DNA of 64,000 nucleotides, from assembly GCA_964035575.1 (NCBI GenBank), contig OZ037834.1:1426001-1490000 (forward strand), written 5' to 3'. A program made the translations under genes and the position numbers. Each line of letters opens with the position of its first letter. The stretch's first letter is position 1. Shown piece by piece: positions 43,752-56,395 of the stretch. The stretch comes from Rhynchopus sp. YZ270_cl-10. Lineage: Eukaryota. The notes under the pieces are model-generated. The model ran no database searches. It saw only the letters and a list, made by a program, of their open reading frames with translations, and was not told the origin of the DNA.

Positions 43752-46700
43752 CTACAGGAACACATCAAGCTCGGTGACCCAGTACTGTATTTTGTTGAGG
43801 TTTTGGTATTATTTTTATTATGCTGCGAATATCAAAAGAGGTTAATTCCTCCTAAAAAAAAAGAGTTGAAAGCCCTCACTAACGGGTGCGTCGGGGCGTG
43901 GACCCCCCAACCATGTAGTCCTACATCCATTTCGTGGTTTACGTCTGATAAAAAGCATCCCTTTAAATTCAAAATAGAAACCGGCTTCGGGATATGACAG
44001 TTAAATGAAATAAAGAAAACACTTTTTCGTTTTATCGCACCGCAAAAGGTTTGTGTTTTTCACTGATGAACGTGAGTGATGTGTATGTTAGTGGAAAACC
44101 AATACGCTAAAGCGGGCACGCACCATCCGTCGTTTTCCATTTCTATTCGTCAATGCTTGATACCACAAAAAACATACCGTGTTCGCTCCTTCGTTGCGGA
44201 TGCGGGGCAGGGCGGGCACAATGGAGTCCTGGCTTGCGATATATGTGTGGTTATAGAGCTTCCAGTAGATCTCACGCACCTTCTTGGCGGGGTGGTAGAG
44301 GCCTGGGAGGACGTACTGCAGGATGATCATGGGACCTAGGCACACTCGGCATGCTTCAATGGCCTGTGGAGAAGGGGAAGAGGAAGAGGTGGATATAAAC
44401 AACAAAAAATGAATAGAGCTGTACAAAATAAAAGGAAAAATCGCGGGGGGAAAGTTGATGAACCGCTAAATGGATTTAATAGTTTTAGCTGTTTTTTGGT
44501 ATTGACAATCACTCTTTACACACTATTTGTGATATTTATCACTCAAATGTCTGCCTTTTGTACGGTAGAGCAGATCGTCCATTTTTTTTATAGTACATAC
44601 CTCAACGCAGGAATCGATTGTACGTGGTAGAGTTTCGAAGATGTTCGGCCACACAAGGTTGAGGAGGTGCTGTACCTCTGCTTCGCAGCCCATCCCCGCC
44701 ACCCCCAACGCCATGTGGCGCACGACGTTGCACGCCATCTGCCTGTGGATAATGTCTCTGTCCATCAAGGCGTCCTCCAACAGCGGCAGCACCGCATGAC
44801 AGTAATCCTTACCCAGCTCGCGGATGTACTCAAACATGAAGGACAAAGCCTTCAACACACCATGCTGGATGTTCGTCTCGGGGGCTCGGTATTCATTGAT
44901 CAACAACGGAACCACTGAGGTTAAAGATGGTAAAGCGAAAACAAAATGCAAAAAAAAAAATATACCTGTAAACGGTCTGCACGTTTCCGCGACGATAGCT
45001 ATCGCGACAGTTGTGCACACCCTCTCAGTACGGTCGTGGACCTGGTGTCGTAGGGTAGGTAGTTGGGTGTAGTGTATGGGGGCAAAATATGAGAGGGCAT
45101 ACCTGAAGGTTGTTCAGAAGAATGTTCATGACGTCCATCGGCCCGATGGCAGCAGCGATGTACCCAAAGGTGTTCACTGCTGCACGACGAATTGCCTTTT
45201 TATGTGCATTCAAGAGTCTTAAAAGCTCCTGCGCGACTCGGCTCCAGTACCGCACAGACACACCCTGTAGGTTGGTTGTTTTAGCTATTTTTAGAGTATT
45301 TTTTCCCGAATATTTGAAACGTTAGTTTCATTCACCCTAAAATCCTCGATCTAATCCTCAAAAAGGGGTGTAAAAAAAGAAAAATAAGATACCTCATATC
45401 CCCTGTCAGCTATTCTTCCTACCAAGTCTACGCAGTGCTCCTGCACCTTTTCGTGTCTGTTCGAGAGGATAGGGGTCAGCTTTGGGAGCAGGTCTGAGAC
45501 GGGTGGTGTCATGGCGTGCATGCCCACGACACTGACAATGCCTTTGATAGCCGCAAGGATGCTGCCGAGAACCTCGGGCATCTCTTCGCTGAGGGATTCG
45601 TAAAAAACTTCACCGAGACGGCCGAGGAGGTCATCCTCTTCGCAAACCTTCATCACCTTGCAGATACGAGCAACCAGATCCGCCGCTTGCATACGCACTG
45701 CAGGTACAGGGAAGCTCAAACGATGCCGCACAGTTCCTGCAATCTGAGGTAAATAAGGCCGAATACGCTGTCCAAGCGCTGTCACGACAGCCGCAAATCC
45801 ATTAAGCATTGTCTCACCGTATCCATCCAACGTCTCCGCATCGTCTCCCGACGTAGTAAAAGCATAGAGAAGGCCGTCCATCATCTTCTGTTCCAATCCG
45901 CTGTCAATATCCATGACCCCCATGGCCTCGACCACCCGGTGTACTGTTTCCATCACCATCTTCCGGTAGCTTTCGTTTTCGTCCTTCAAATCGTCGACGA
46001 TCTTGGAGACAACCTCCATGCCTCCCACCTTATGTGCAATCTCCACTGTTGCGTCCACCAATGCAATTACATTGGCGCGTTCTCCTGCCATTCTTTTCAC
46101 CCAAAAATTCTTGAAAAATTCGGGAATAATCTTTTGTTTGATAAAGTCTCTTCCAACACCGTCCGTCGCAACGCACTGCTTGATAACCTTCAGAACGATC
46201 CGCTTCATTTCTGGGTCCGGCGAACGCATTTCTTCTACAAGCTTTGGGACAATTTCATTTGTATAGTGCTGACTTGCTTCGCTGTTCATGAGGGGAATGA
46301 TGTAACCAATGGCCTTAAGGAACGCTGCGAGGGGCTTGCCTCTGTGCTGATGCGCACCCTCCCACAGGGGACGCAGGACGGGGTGGAATGCCTCCTCTCC
46401 GTACGGTGCTGCTGCTTCTGCTAACGCAGCAATCGCAAGCCCGGTCATCGTGCGCACCTTTTGGTTCTGATCGCTGAGACCACCTTCGATGCACTCCACA
46501 AGATCACGCAGATGCGGCTGCACACCACATCCCATGAGAATCGCGATTTGCTGCACCACCTTGATTCCGGTGTGTCGTGACAGCCATTCTTGCTGTGCTT
46601 TGCAGATGGCTGCGAGGAAGGGAAGCATCTGTGGGATCGACAACGCGCTGGTTACCACTGCAAGAGCGCGAGCGGTGACGTTGCGGACGTATTCATCCTG

Positions 46701-48597
46701 GTTTTTGCAGTCGCTGGACATAGCTTTGATCATGGTGTAGAGTCCGGCAGCTTTTGCGAGGTTGGAGATGATTTCACGTCCCTCAGCTCGTGTGACGTAG
46801 TCGTTGTCGATAAGCATAGGGGAAGTGACGACAAGGATTTTGAAGGTGTAGGGGCGGATGAGTTGGCCTAGTTTGTAGAGGATACGCCCTAAGAGCTTGA
46901 CAATGACGTGGCGCTGCTGGTCCTCCAGGTCTTCAATCATCAGGATCGGCAGGATTTTGTCACAGAGACGCTCTGCACCAAGGCGTGTCGCCTGCTCGGT
47001 GAGCTGCTTCATCGCGGTCTTCCGTTGTTGAGGGTTGCCGTTTTTGATTTTTAAGAGAAGGGTCAGGACTAAGATGTCTCTTCTCTCATCCTTCGTTTGC
47101 TCCGCCTCAGGCTTCTGTTGAACCAACGCGGAGAACAGTTGATAGTCATGCTGGTCTCTCAATGAAGGCAAATCCGGTCCCAAATCAACCACATCTATCC
47201 TTGGCGCCGCAGCTGCCGTCTCCTCCTGCATGAACCCCGGTGTTTCATCTCCTCTCGACGGATCGAACTTCCTTGCAGGCGTTATAGGACGATACGTTGC
47301 GGGGGGAGGCACCACTTCGTAACCCTCTGCCGGAAGGATGTCGTCAAGCTGCTGATCTGAAAGGGGTTTGTTACGACCCTCCATCTCAAGCACTCTACGC
47401 ATCTGCTGTGTAGCATCTGCCCCTTGGACGGGGGTTTGCCCCATGAACCCCATCGGTGTCGCCCCAGAGAAACCCATGGGAGTTGCGCCTGAGAATCCGG
47501 TAGGTGTTGCACCTAGGGCAGATGGGGTTGCTGCACCTTGAGCGGCAGGTGTCTCAGCAACAGCAGCGTTGTCCCACTTCGTCTGCTTCGGTGTAGGGAG
47601 CGACCCACCCCCAGTACTGTCCCACTTCATAGAAGGGGTTCTAGACGGGGTAGCGTCCCACACCGCACCACCAGAGGCGTTGGGGGTCTGGTCCCAGTTC
47701 CCTCGGGTAGGTGTCTGGTCACCCTTCCCGTCATTACCCCATCGTGATGGAGTAGGGGTTGGCGCGTCGGCACCGCTTCGCAGACCTGAGAGGGTTGGGG
47801 GTGAGGGAAAGGTTTTTATAGAGTTGATTGGGGGAAAGTGTTGTATCATAAAGAGGTTTTTGAAAAAAGAGGATTTAAGATGAAGACAAAATTGGTCGGT
47901 TTTGACATTAAAAATAAAACAAAAAAAAAGGGAAACTAGATGATATCATCCGCCAACTGATCTTGATAACAATAAAAATATAACAGTGTTTTCGTTGAAC
48001 GCAGCCAAATAGGGGTAGAAATCTGTTTGGCGCAAGGCGAAAAGGATTCAAGGGGAAATACTGTTATACAAGATCTGAATGTTGGCTTTGTTTTTTGTCT
48101 AGTTTCTTAATACACTACGTCTTAGGAGGAAAACATTAGAGTAAAACCCACATACCGGTCTGAGGTGTAGCCGCAGCGTCCCAACGTCTACGGGATGGTG
48201 TAGGTGTCGCGCCTGCCCCGTCTGCGTCCTTCCACTTCCCTGTGGTGGGGGTGTCCCACTTGTTTGAGCGGGGGGTCGTTGGTGCGTCTGTTGGCTTTTC
48301 ATCCCATTCGGATGTCTTTTCCTTTTCGGGTTCAGATGTGTCCCAACGTGACTTCTTCTTCGGAGGTGCTGCGTCCGCCTCATCTGAGGCACGCTTCTTT
48401 GGGTTGAGCGGGTCCTCCGTCTCACTCGAGGTCACGCTTTCGAAACGGCTCATCCGCTTCTTCTGGTAGTCGCTCTCGACAGCCCTCCGTGCCTTCCCGA
48501 TCTGCACGTCCTCATCCCCTCCAACTGCAAGCGTGTCCGCACGCAAGTCTACATCCTCATCCAGCTCCTCCTTCGCCTTCTCGTCCTTAGGTGCCAT
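43752..48597 (-). CDS. SF3B1: Splicing factor 3B subunit 1; exons 48597-48156, 47785-45393, 45264-45103, 45041-44966, 44914-44601, 44363-44178, 43784-43752
   Basis: RWD/TP repeats, [98 protein letters not shown] and terminal ELDVFL*. Six GT-AG introns keep the frame. Confidence 0.97.
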
Positions 48598-48730
48598 CCT
48601 TTAGTTGTGTGGGTGGGTAGGTTGCGGCCACCCTGAGATGTTGTGTGAAGGGAGAGAGTGAAGGGGAAGGAGGAAGGAGGAAAGGAAAATGTTGGTAAGA
48701 TGATGTCAAGAGAAGTGCTGTGGAGGAAGG

Positions 48731-50140
48731 TCTCTCCCGACCCTTACGTACACTGAAGGCATGTCCGCCAGCATGCATAGCGAGGATGGGTTGTGAGGTG
48801 AGGTTGCGGGTGTGTGAAACTGTGGTGCGTGCTGTGTTCAGGAGTGTCCAAGGTTTCGTATCAACCACTCTTCAAGAAAAGCGTCAAACTCGACTGTAAA
48901 CGTTGTTTTTTGTGTTGTTCATCCTTACGTGGGGCAGAGGTGACAGCAGAAGGAACCCTTTACGTTGTGATATCAGAAAGGACACGTTAGTCTCATTGCA
49001 GGAAGGTGTTGCCCTCCTGCATCGATCCAATGAGATTCCAAATAGTGTTTAGTTTGAATCATCATGAAAACAGCGACAATCTCATCCGAGTTCGCTTGTG
49101 GACGGCTGAAGGCCTTTTAGTACGGGCTTCAGTTATCTCCCGACCCTTACGTACACTGAAGGCATGTCCGCCAGCATGCATAGCGAGGATGGGTTGTGAG
49201 GTGGTGAGGTTGCGGGTGTATGAAAATGTGGTGCGTGCTGTGTTCAGGAGTGTCCAAGGTTTCGTATCAACCACTCTTCAAGAAAAGTGTCAAACTCGAC
49301 TGTAAACGTTGTTTTTTGTGTTGTTCATCCTTACGTGTGGCAGAGGTGGCAGCAGAAGGAACCCTTTACGTTGTGATATCAGAAAGGACACGTTAGTCTC
49401 ATTGCAGGAAGGTGTTGCCCTCCTGCATCGATCCAATGAGATTCCAAATAGTGTTTAGTTTGAATCATCATGAAGACAGCAATGATATGGACAACGACAA
49501 CCCTCGCCTTCCCAAACATGTCTTCTCCTCTCTCCCGACCCTTACGTACACTGAAGGCATATCCGCCAGCGTGCATAGCGAGGATGGGTGCAAAACTATG
49601 GTTCATCTGTCAAACCAGATACAGCGTGTACTGTGCTCAGGAGTGTCCAAGGTTTCGTATCAACCACTTATCTCCCGACCCTTACGTACACTGAAGGCAT
49701 GTCCGCCAGCATGCATAGCGAGGATGGGTTGTGAGGTGGTGAGGTTGCGGGTGTGTGCAAATGTGGTGCGTTGTTGTGTTCAGGAGTGTCCAAGGTTTCG
49801 TATCAACCACTCTTCAAGAAAAGCGTCAAACTCGACTGTAAACGTTGTTTTTTGTGTTGTTCATCCTTACGTGTAGCAGAGGTGACAGCAGAAGGAACCC
49901 TTTACGTTGTGATATCAGAAAGGACACGTTAGTCTCATTGCAGGAAGGTGTTGCCCTCCTGCATCGATCCAATGAGATTCCAAATAGTGTTTAGTTTGAA
50001 TCATCATGAAAAAAAAACTGGCAACGACAGAATTGAAACGTTGGCTATATAGCAGCGGTGCGCTTTGCTCAGTACCGCTCTCTCCCGACCCTTACGTACA
50101 CTGAAGGCATGTCCGCCAGCATGCATAGCGAGGATGGGTG
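48731..50140 (-). ncRNA. Tandem snoRNA cluster 2, same components as cluster 1 in permuted order
   Basis: Five AGA hairpins, 3+3 C/D RNAs and one partial copy, near-identical to 9425-10895. Confidence 0.75.
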
Positions 50141-50376
50141 TAGATTGTGAACGTGACATGCACCGTCATAAGTTCAAGAGAGCCGAAGATTTCGACTGTA
50201 CAAAAGGTTTATCTTAGCAAAGAGAGTGTACGTGTTGGGAGGGATTCTTTTCACACAACTGACTTTTCGACAAAAACGTTCTGTTCAAAAGAAAGGGAAA
50301 AATACTCTCAAGAGACCCACCCTGCCCCTCTACAAGGGCAGACCCGGAAAGGTAGCAACAGCACACACAACACAAC

Positions 50377-53300
50377 TCACAGCATCATCACCACTGCCAC
50401 TAAGAGCAGCGCTACCAACACCTCTGGCACTGTGCACCCACCTGCATTCCCACCTACGTAAACGTTCGGCGCACCAGGGGTCCCAGATCCCTGTGAGAAA
50501 AGAGTATTTTTTATTTGTCATAGAAAACTTTTAATAATGCAGTGTAAACTACCGTGTTTGTATTAATATTGGAATCGACTCAAACCCCGGAAACAGGGTA
50601 GTGAACTAGCGATAAGAAGGAGCGATAAGAAAAAAATCTGGATCCGCTTTTTAGAATCTTCCCAAAAAAAAAAAAAGCGCTATTTAGGATATAGCCTCAT
50701 CTCTTCCAGGTTTCACCCCCCACTCCCTCACTTTCACTCTTCTCTTCTCATACCTTGTAATCATCACGCGCAATGACCAACGCAAAATAGACCTTTGCAG
50801 TGTTGAGGATGCCGGCCGGTGTGGCCGCATCCCTCTTGTCGAGGAGATAGTACTCACCCCCTGCAGGGACCTGTGTGAGGAGGCCCTCCTTCCAGGAGGT
50901 GTTTGTCACGTCGTATTGGCTCACGATCACGTGCATGGCTTCACTGAGGATTGTGTCTGGGGTGTTCAGCATGTCCTCCGAGTAGGCCAGGCGCGAGGAG
51001 GAGAGGATCTGGTTGACGTCTGTGTACACCACAATGGCAGTCCCGCGCCCCAGGCCTCTGTAGTTTGCTACGACACGCCCGAGGCGGTCGCTCATCGAGA
51101 TGGTGGCGCCTACGGTGCCTTGGAAGAAGGGGCAGGAAGGGGTGCTGAATGGGGAATATGCTCCAGGGTCGCCACAGAGTGGTTTGGCAACGTCTGCGAG
51201 CATGCCGTCGTGGCCTGCATAGTAGTCAGAGATGACTGTTGCGGCAGAAGGGTTCGCCTCTGGGACTGTGGCGCTGTGCCATGATTCGGTCATGATGTTG
51301 CGTGCGGTGGGTGTGCCGGTCTGTTTCGGCCATGCGTAGTCCCCACCAGGCACGTCGCGAAGGTTGTAGCTGCTGACCATGGCGCCGTGCACGACGTACA
51401 CGGAGCGCACCTGCTGTGATTCGACGGTGCTGTATTTGCATGTTAAGTTGTACAAATCAAGCCCATCCCGTGAAGAAGCAAAGTACGCCACAGTGTCGTC
51501 CCCATTCGCATCGCATAAACGCCACAAAAAGGCGACCAAAGAATCCGCCACACCCGCAAAGTCGACCCTCGCAGAGGTAACCTGAATGGCATGCTCCGCC
51601 TGGCGGACGGAATCGAGCACTCCAGTAGCGACAAAGGAGTATGCAGCTTGCACCTCTATTTCGAGCGTGGCGCGGACCTGAGGGATTTTGAAGAATTATT
51701 GGAATAGTGTAGTTGCCATCTGTGCAAGGTCCCCTAAAGATTATAAAGTTCCTCACTTTTTTTATTTGAAAAATTGCTGTAGTACTGCCTCCCGTTGTGG
51801 AATCTTAACGTCACTCTTTGTGGACTCAAAAAAAAGACTCTTCATTGACACCATGGCAAAACCTGTGGGGGCAAAAAAAAATAAGGTGGCTCGGAGCATA
51901 CCTTGGTGTCGCTGTATTCGTTGGTAGGTGCAAGCTTGCTGGTGTCCATTGCAATGAGCAGCTCGGCAGGGCCGTCGGGTCCGTTGAGCGACGCAATGCC
52001 AGCGGATTTGAGGACCACAGGGACGGAGTTGACAAGGCCCTCTGTCCTGCCCTCAAGGCGCAGACGCACTGCGTCGCGGACGTTGATGCTCGGGTGGTCG
52101 GGACCCCACAGCTGCGAGCCAGCCCCACCTCGTGGGTCCGCAACAAGACGCACAGAGGGGCCTACGCTGCTCGCAAGAAGCAGCCCGTTCTGGTGCACCA
52201 CAGCCACACGAAGCTGAGGGAACTGCCGGAGGTGCTCCTCGATTGTTCCAAAGTCCTGCAGAGTGGTGATATATTCGACACTACTATGTATACCATCAAA
52301 AATCTGAATGTCGTACACTATCTCATAAAGTGATTGATTTTCACTGTGGTGGGTAGCACACTGATAAAATGAGCCTTAGCCCGATGATTTGTAAAATTGC
52401 ATTTTTTCTTATTTCTTCTTTTTGCATACCACCCTCGCCGTCAAACTGCCGTACTGCGTTGTACAACTCGCATCTGTGCATACGGGTTTAACAAAAAGCC
52501 CGCCCATCACACTGAGGTTGTAATTGGGACTGCGTGCTGCGGTGTCTTCATCGCCGTACAGCTTTGCCCTGGTCTTATTGTAGGCCATGAAAACACTTGC
52601 GTCGTCCAGGGTCTTCACTGCAGCACCTGCCTCATCCTCGGCACCCCCATCCTCCTTTACCCACGGCGCTGTGTACTCCACAGGCAGCTCCGGGCCCTCT
52701 AGGGTGTACGCCACAGGGCCATAGTCCTGCCAGACGTACAGCTTTCCTCTGTTCGAAGAGGTGCGCCGTGCTGGCTCTTCAATGACATGGAATTTGTCGA
52801 TTGTGGATGTGTTCGATATTTTGACGTGAACTGGAGTGCCCAGATCGGTGCTTGCATCGTCCCCATTTGTGAGCAACGTGCACTCCGTTTTAATGTACAC
52901 CTCGGAGTTGCGCGCATTCACAAAAATATTTTTCAGAAGCGGCCAGGTTGCGCTGCCGCAGGCATTCATTTCCGCGGCTATTACCAAATCCGTTGTGCTA
53001 TTCGCGTCCACATGAACCAGCCTTGTTCGCGATGACAGACACTGACCCCCGCTGGACCCTGTGTCTAACGTTGTCGTTGTCTCATGAAGCGCGGAGGCAA
53101 CCCACGTCACCGCATCCTCAGCCACTTGCACATCAGCTTCAATCCAAGCCGCCGTCACTGCACCAAAGGTTTCAAGATGAAGCCTCTGCAGGCTAAGCAC
53201 ATCTGCCTCATCTGTCATACCCAGACGTGCCTTCGAGGAGGCTACTAAGACCACCCAATGCGCACCACGCCCCCCTGCATTCCTCCACACCCCACCATCT

Positions 53301-55513
53301 AACGGCACCCCCACTCTGATTGCATCGACGTACCGATCTGATACAAAATCGTCGGCAAAGTTTTGGACCCGAGAGGCTTGCGTTCCTGCGATAATTGTGT
53401 TCCTTAAATCTGCGTTGTCTGTAGCAGGAAGCGGTACAGCGCTGTCCTCAAGATGCGCTGCAGGGATGAGGAACACCTCTGGGTTGATGTGCGCTGCACA
53501 TTCACGCGAACTGCTGAGGGTGCTTTGCAGTGCGGAGACGTCTACTTCTGCACCTACTATTGCCTCAAAGGTGGGGCACGATGCCGTTGGTGTGGCAATG
53601 TGCAATAAGGAAGTGGCGTAGCCGCATACTGCACGTGTCACCTTCACTGTCGCTTCTCCGGAAAGAATGGGGTCGGTAGGGTTGGACCACAGCACCGCCC
53701 TCGCCTTGCCTGACTCCGTTGGAGAGGTGTGTTGCTTCCACAGTGCTTCTGTCATATTGTATTCGCGAGTTTCCACTGCAGGAGGGTCGGAAGGATCCCA
53801 CACACAAGCCTGTCGATGACGGTATATCTTCATCTCTGTCCCCACAGTTTGTACCCCGATTTCAACGAATTCCGCACCAAAATCGCATTGCACCACACAA
53901 AAATGGTTCAGTGTTAATGCAAAAAGGGTTTTGACCACTCCAGGGATAAACCCTGAGAGGCCTGCAGTGCAGAGGGTGAGAAGGTGGTTGACTGTGGCAA
54001 GGGTGGTGTCGGCAGAGGGGGCTATGAAGGTGTTGTGGGTCTTCTGGACCAGGGTGTGGATGGTTTGTGTGTTTTTACGGAGTGATGTGGAAAGGCAGGA
54101 GAGCGTTGCATTGCGTATTTCGGTCACCTTTTGGGTACGGAGCGCGGCAGGCCAGAAGGTGCGTGAATCCACCCCGTTTGTTGTGTTGCGTTCAGGGTTT
54201 TCACTTACCGCGATGATATGAAGCACTTCTGATGCATATGCTTGACTGATATTCGCATGCCCACCCAACGCTGTCATACCAAACGCAGAATACTTCGGAA
54301 AGACCGGAGACACTAGAACATTATATGCTACATTACCATGCCAAAGACCTCCCACAAAATGCGAAGGGCACGCTGTACTCGGTGACAACCCTTCTTCTGC
54401 ACAAACCGAATATGCTGCAGGCACTTCATACGCATCCTCAGCCATAGCCTGCAGCGATTCCTCTGTGATCGTATCTTTATTGACAGACCCCGTTTTGTGA
54501 AGGTGAAGCAACGCATTGCGAACCAATGTATCTCCATTTTTTGATATGCCAGAAGGAGGCAGGTCACCACTACTCCTCAGATCCACTGCGCAGGTAGAAG
54601 CAACCAAACGTCCTGTAGATGTGACCACAAAAATCCGAGAAATATTTGTCTTAGAATAATCAATCCCATCATGCCCTCGGGGAGGCACAAAATGTGTGGA
54701 CCCACTTCTCTCCAAATGCAGTCTCCTCTGCTCCACAATCGGCCCCAACTGCGCCAACACCCGATGTGTCTGCGCCAACACAAACTCCACTCCAACCAAA
54801 AACCCAGCCTCCCCAAGACCCCCACACCCATTATCCCCTGCCGGATGTACCCTCATCCCCTCACAATACCCTGCAGCTAGAATATGCCTATTTCTCCCAA
54901 ACGGCGTTTCCTTCGTATTAGGCGCAATAAAGGGCATTGAAAGCTCCCGCAAACCAACCCCTCCAGCAGGAAGCCAAGAGGTTGCCCGCAGTTCCTCCCC
55001 TTCAGTGAAAGGACCGAATCCGGGATAGCGAGATTCTGGTACCCCTGGAGCGGCGTCCATGATGTAATATACTGTCGGCGGTGTAGCATAACCTATCGCT
55101 GGAATGCGAATTCCCGTCAAACGCCCTGGTCGGTGAACCGAATAATACCCTGTATGTGAACGTTCACAGAGTAGGGTAGCACCAAGCCCTGTTGTGGTGT
55201 TTGTATAGAGTGCTTGGAGACCTGAGGTGGAGGCCGCACCAAGGCTGCTGGTAGTATAGTCGGTGCACATCATGTGAAGCATGGATCCAGCCTTATCAAC
55301 ATCGAGATAGCTGACAGAGGTGATCCGCGACCCGATCACCGTGCTTGCCATGATATGTGTGGTCTTCTTCATCCTTGCGGCCTCGCCTTCGACGCGTGTG
55401 GTAGCTGCGTGCATGACAACCTGGAGAAAGGCCTCTCTACCACGGTCCAGTTCAACCTCCGCACCCACATCGATGCACAACAATGCTGCAAACAATCCTT
55501 TTAAAAAACGCAT
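50377..55513 (-). CDS. Large secreted, probably GPI-anchored protein with about four Cache-like repeats; exons 55513-~52450, ~52344-51902, 51677-50754, 50490-50377
   Basis: Signal peptide MRFLKGLFAALLCIDVGA. The last exon encodes a hydrophobic tail, EVLVALLLVAVVMML*. A pattern Y...W / ..VGA.h.h..L / hhhh..G.LhASS recurs. The first intron boundary is uncertain. Confidence 0.6.
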
Positions 55514-56395
55514 TGCTTTATATCATCAGAAATTTGAATAGATTTTTTGTGTAGTGTGCTGAAAAGTGTGAAATGGGGGGAAGGGAAGGGGGGGAAGGGA
55601 AGGGGAAGAGGAAGAGGAAGGGAGGGCAGTATAAAAAATCCTTTTTTTCTTACAAGTGGGTCTGGTGTGTGTCTTCACTCGTTTTCTGTTGAGCCTTTGT
55701 TTGTTGTTGTTTTGTTTCCTGTACTTTTTTTTTGTGTGCTGTTTTTTGACTAAGGGGAGCTCTCGTCGGTTGTTTTCCCCCCTCCTCATTTTTTGTTTTT
55801 TTTTATTGCTTTTTTTTCATCTTTTCCTTTAGACTTTGTTACACAAATAAATGCAAAGCCAATTACTGTGCTAAGACTTCTCAAGGGATCTTAGACACAA
55901 GCAATTCATGAAAAGAAAAAAATCATGTATATAAACGGGATTTCCTCTCACCCTTTTCCCCTCTTCTCCTCCTACTGGTTCGACACTTCCCCCCACAACA
56001 GCCGTTATAGCTCTCTTTTTTCCCCCCCTCTTCGTTTCCTCTCGTTACTTTGACCGGCTCGCGACGGAGAACCTAAAAAGGTATCACCGCTCTCTTCTTC
56101 CTCCCATCTCCCTTCCCCCTCCCTTTTTTTTTTGTGAATCTTCCTCTTTTCGATAATAGAGTAAACACAATACCCGATGCAACAAAAAAAAAGGGGGGCC
56201 AATGATAACACATCTTTTTTTTTCAATTTTTTTTTTTTTGCATATCCTTTTTTCATTGGAGTTTGAAAACACTTCTTTTCCCCCAAAAAAAAAAAAATGA
56301 TGCAAAGTACAACACCTTTTTCCTCCCTGCATTGTTGCTTTTTTTTATCTCTCTCCGACCCCCCCGCCCCGATACTATTTTTTTTTCTAAGGAAA

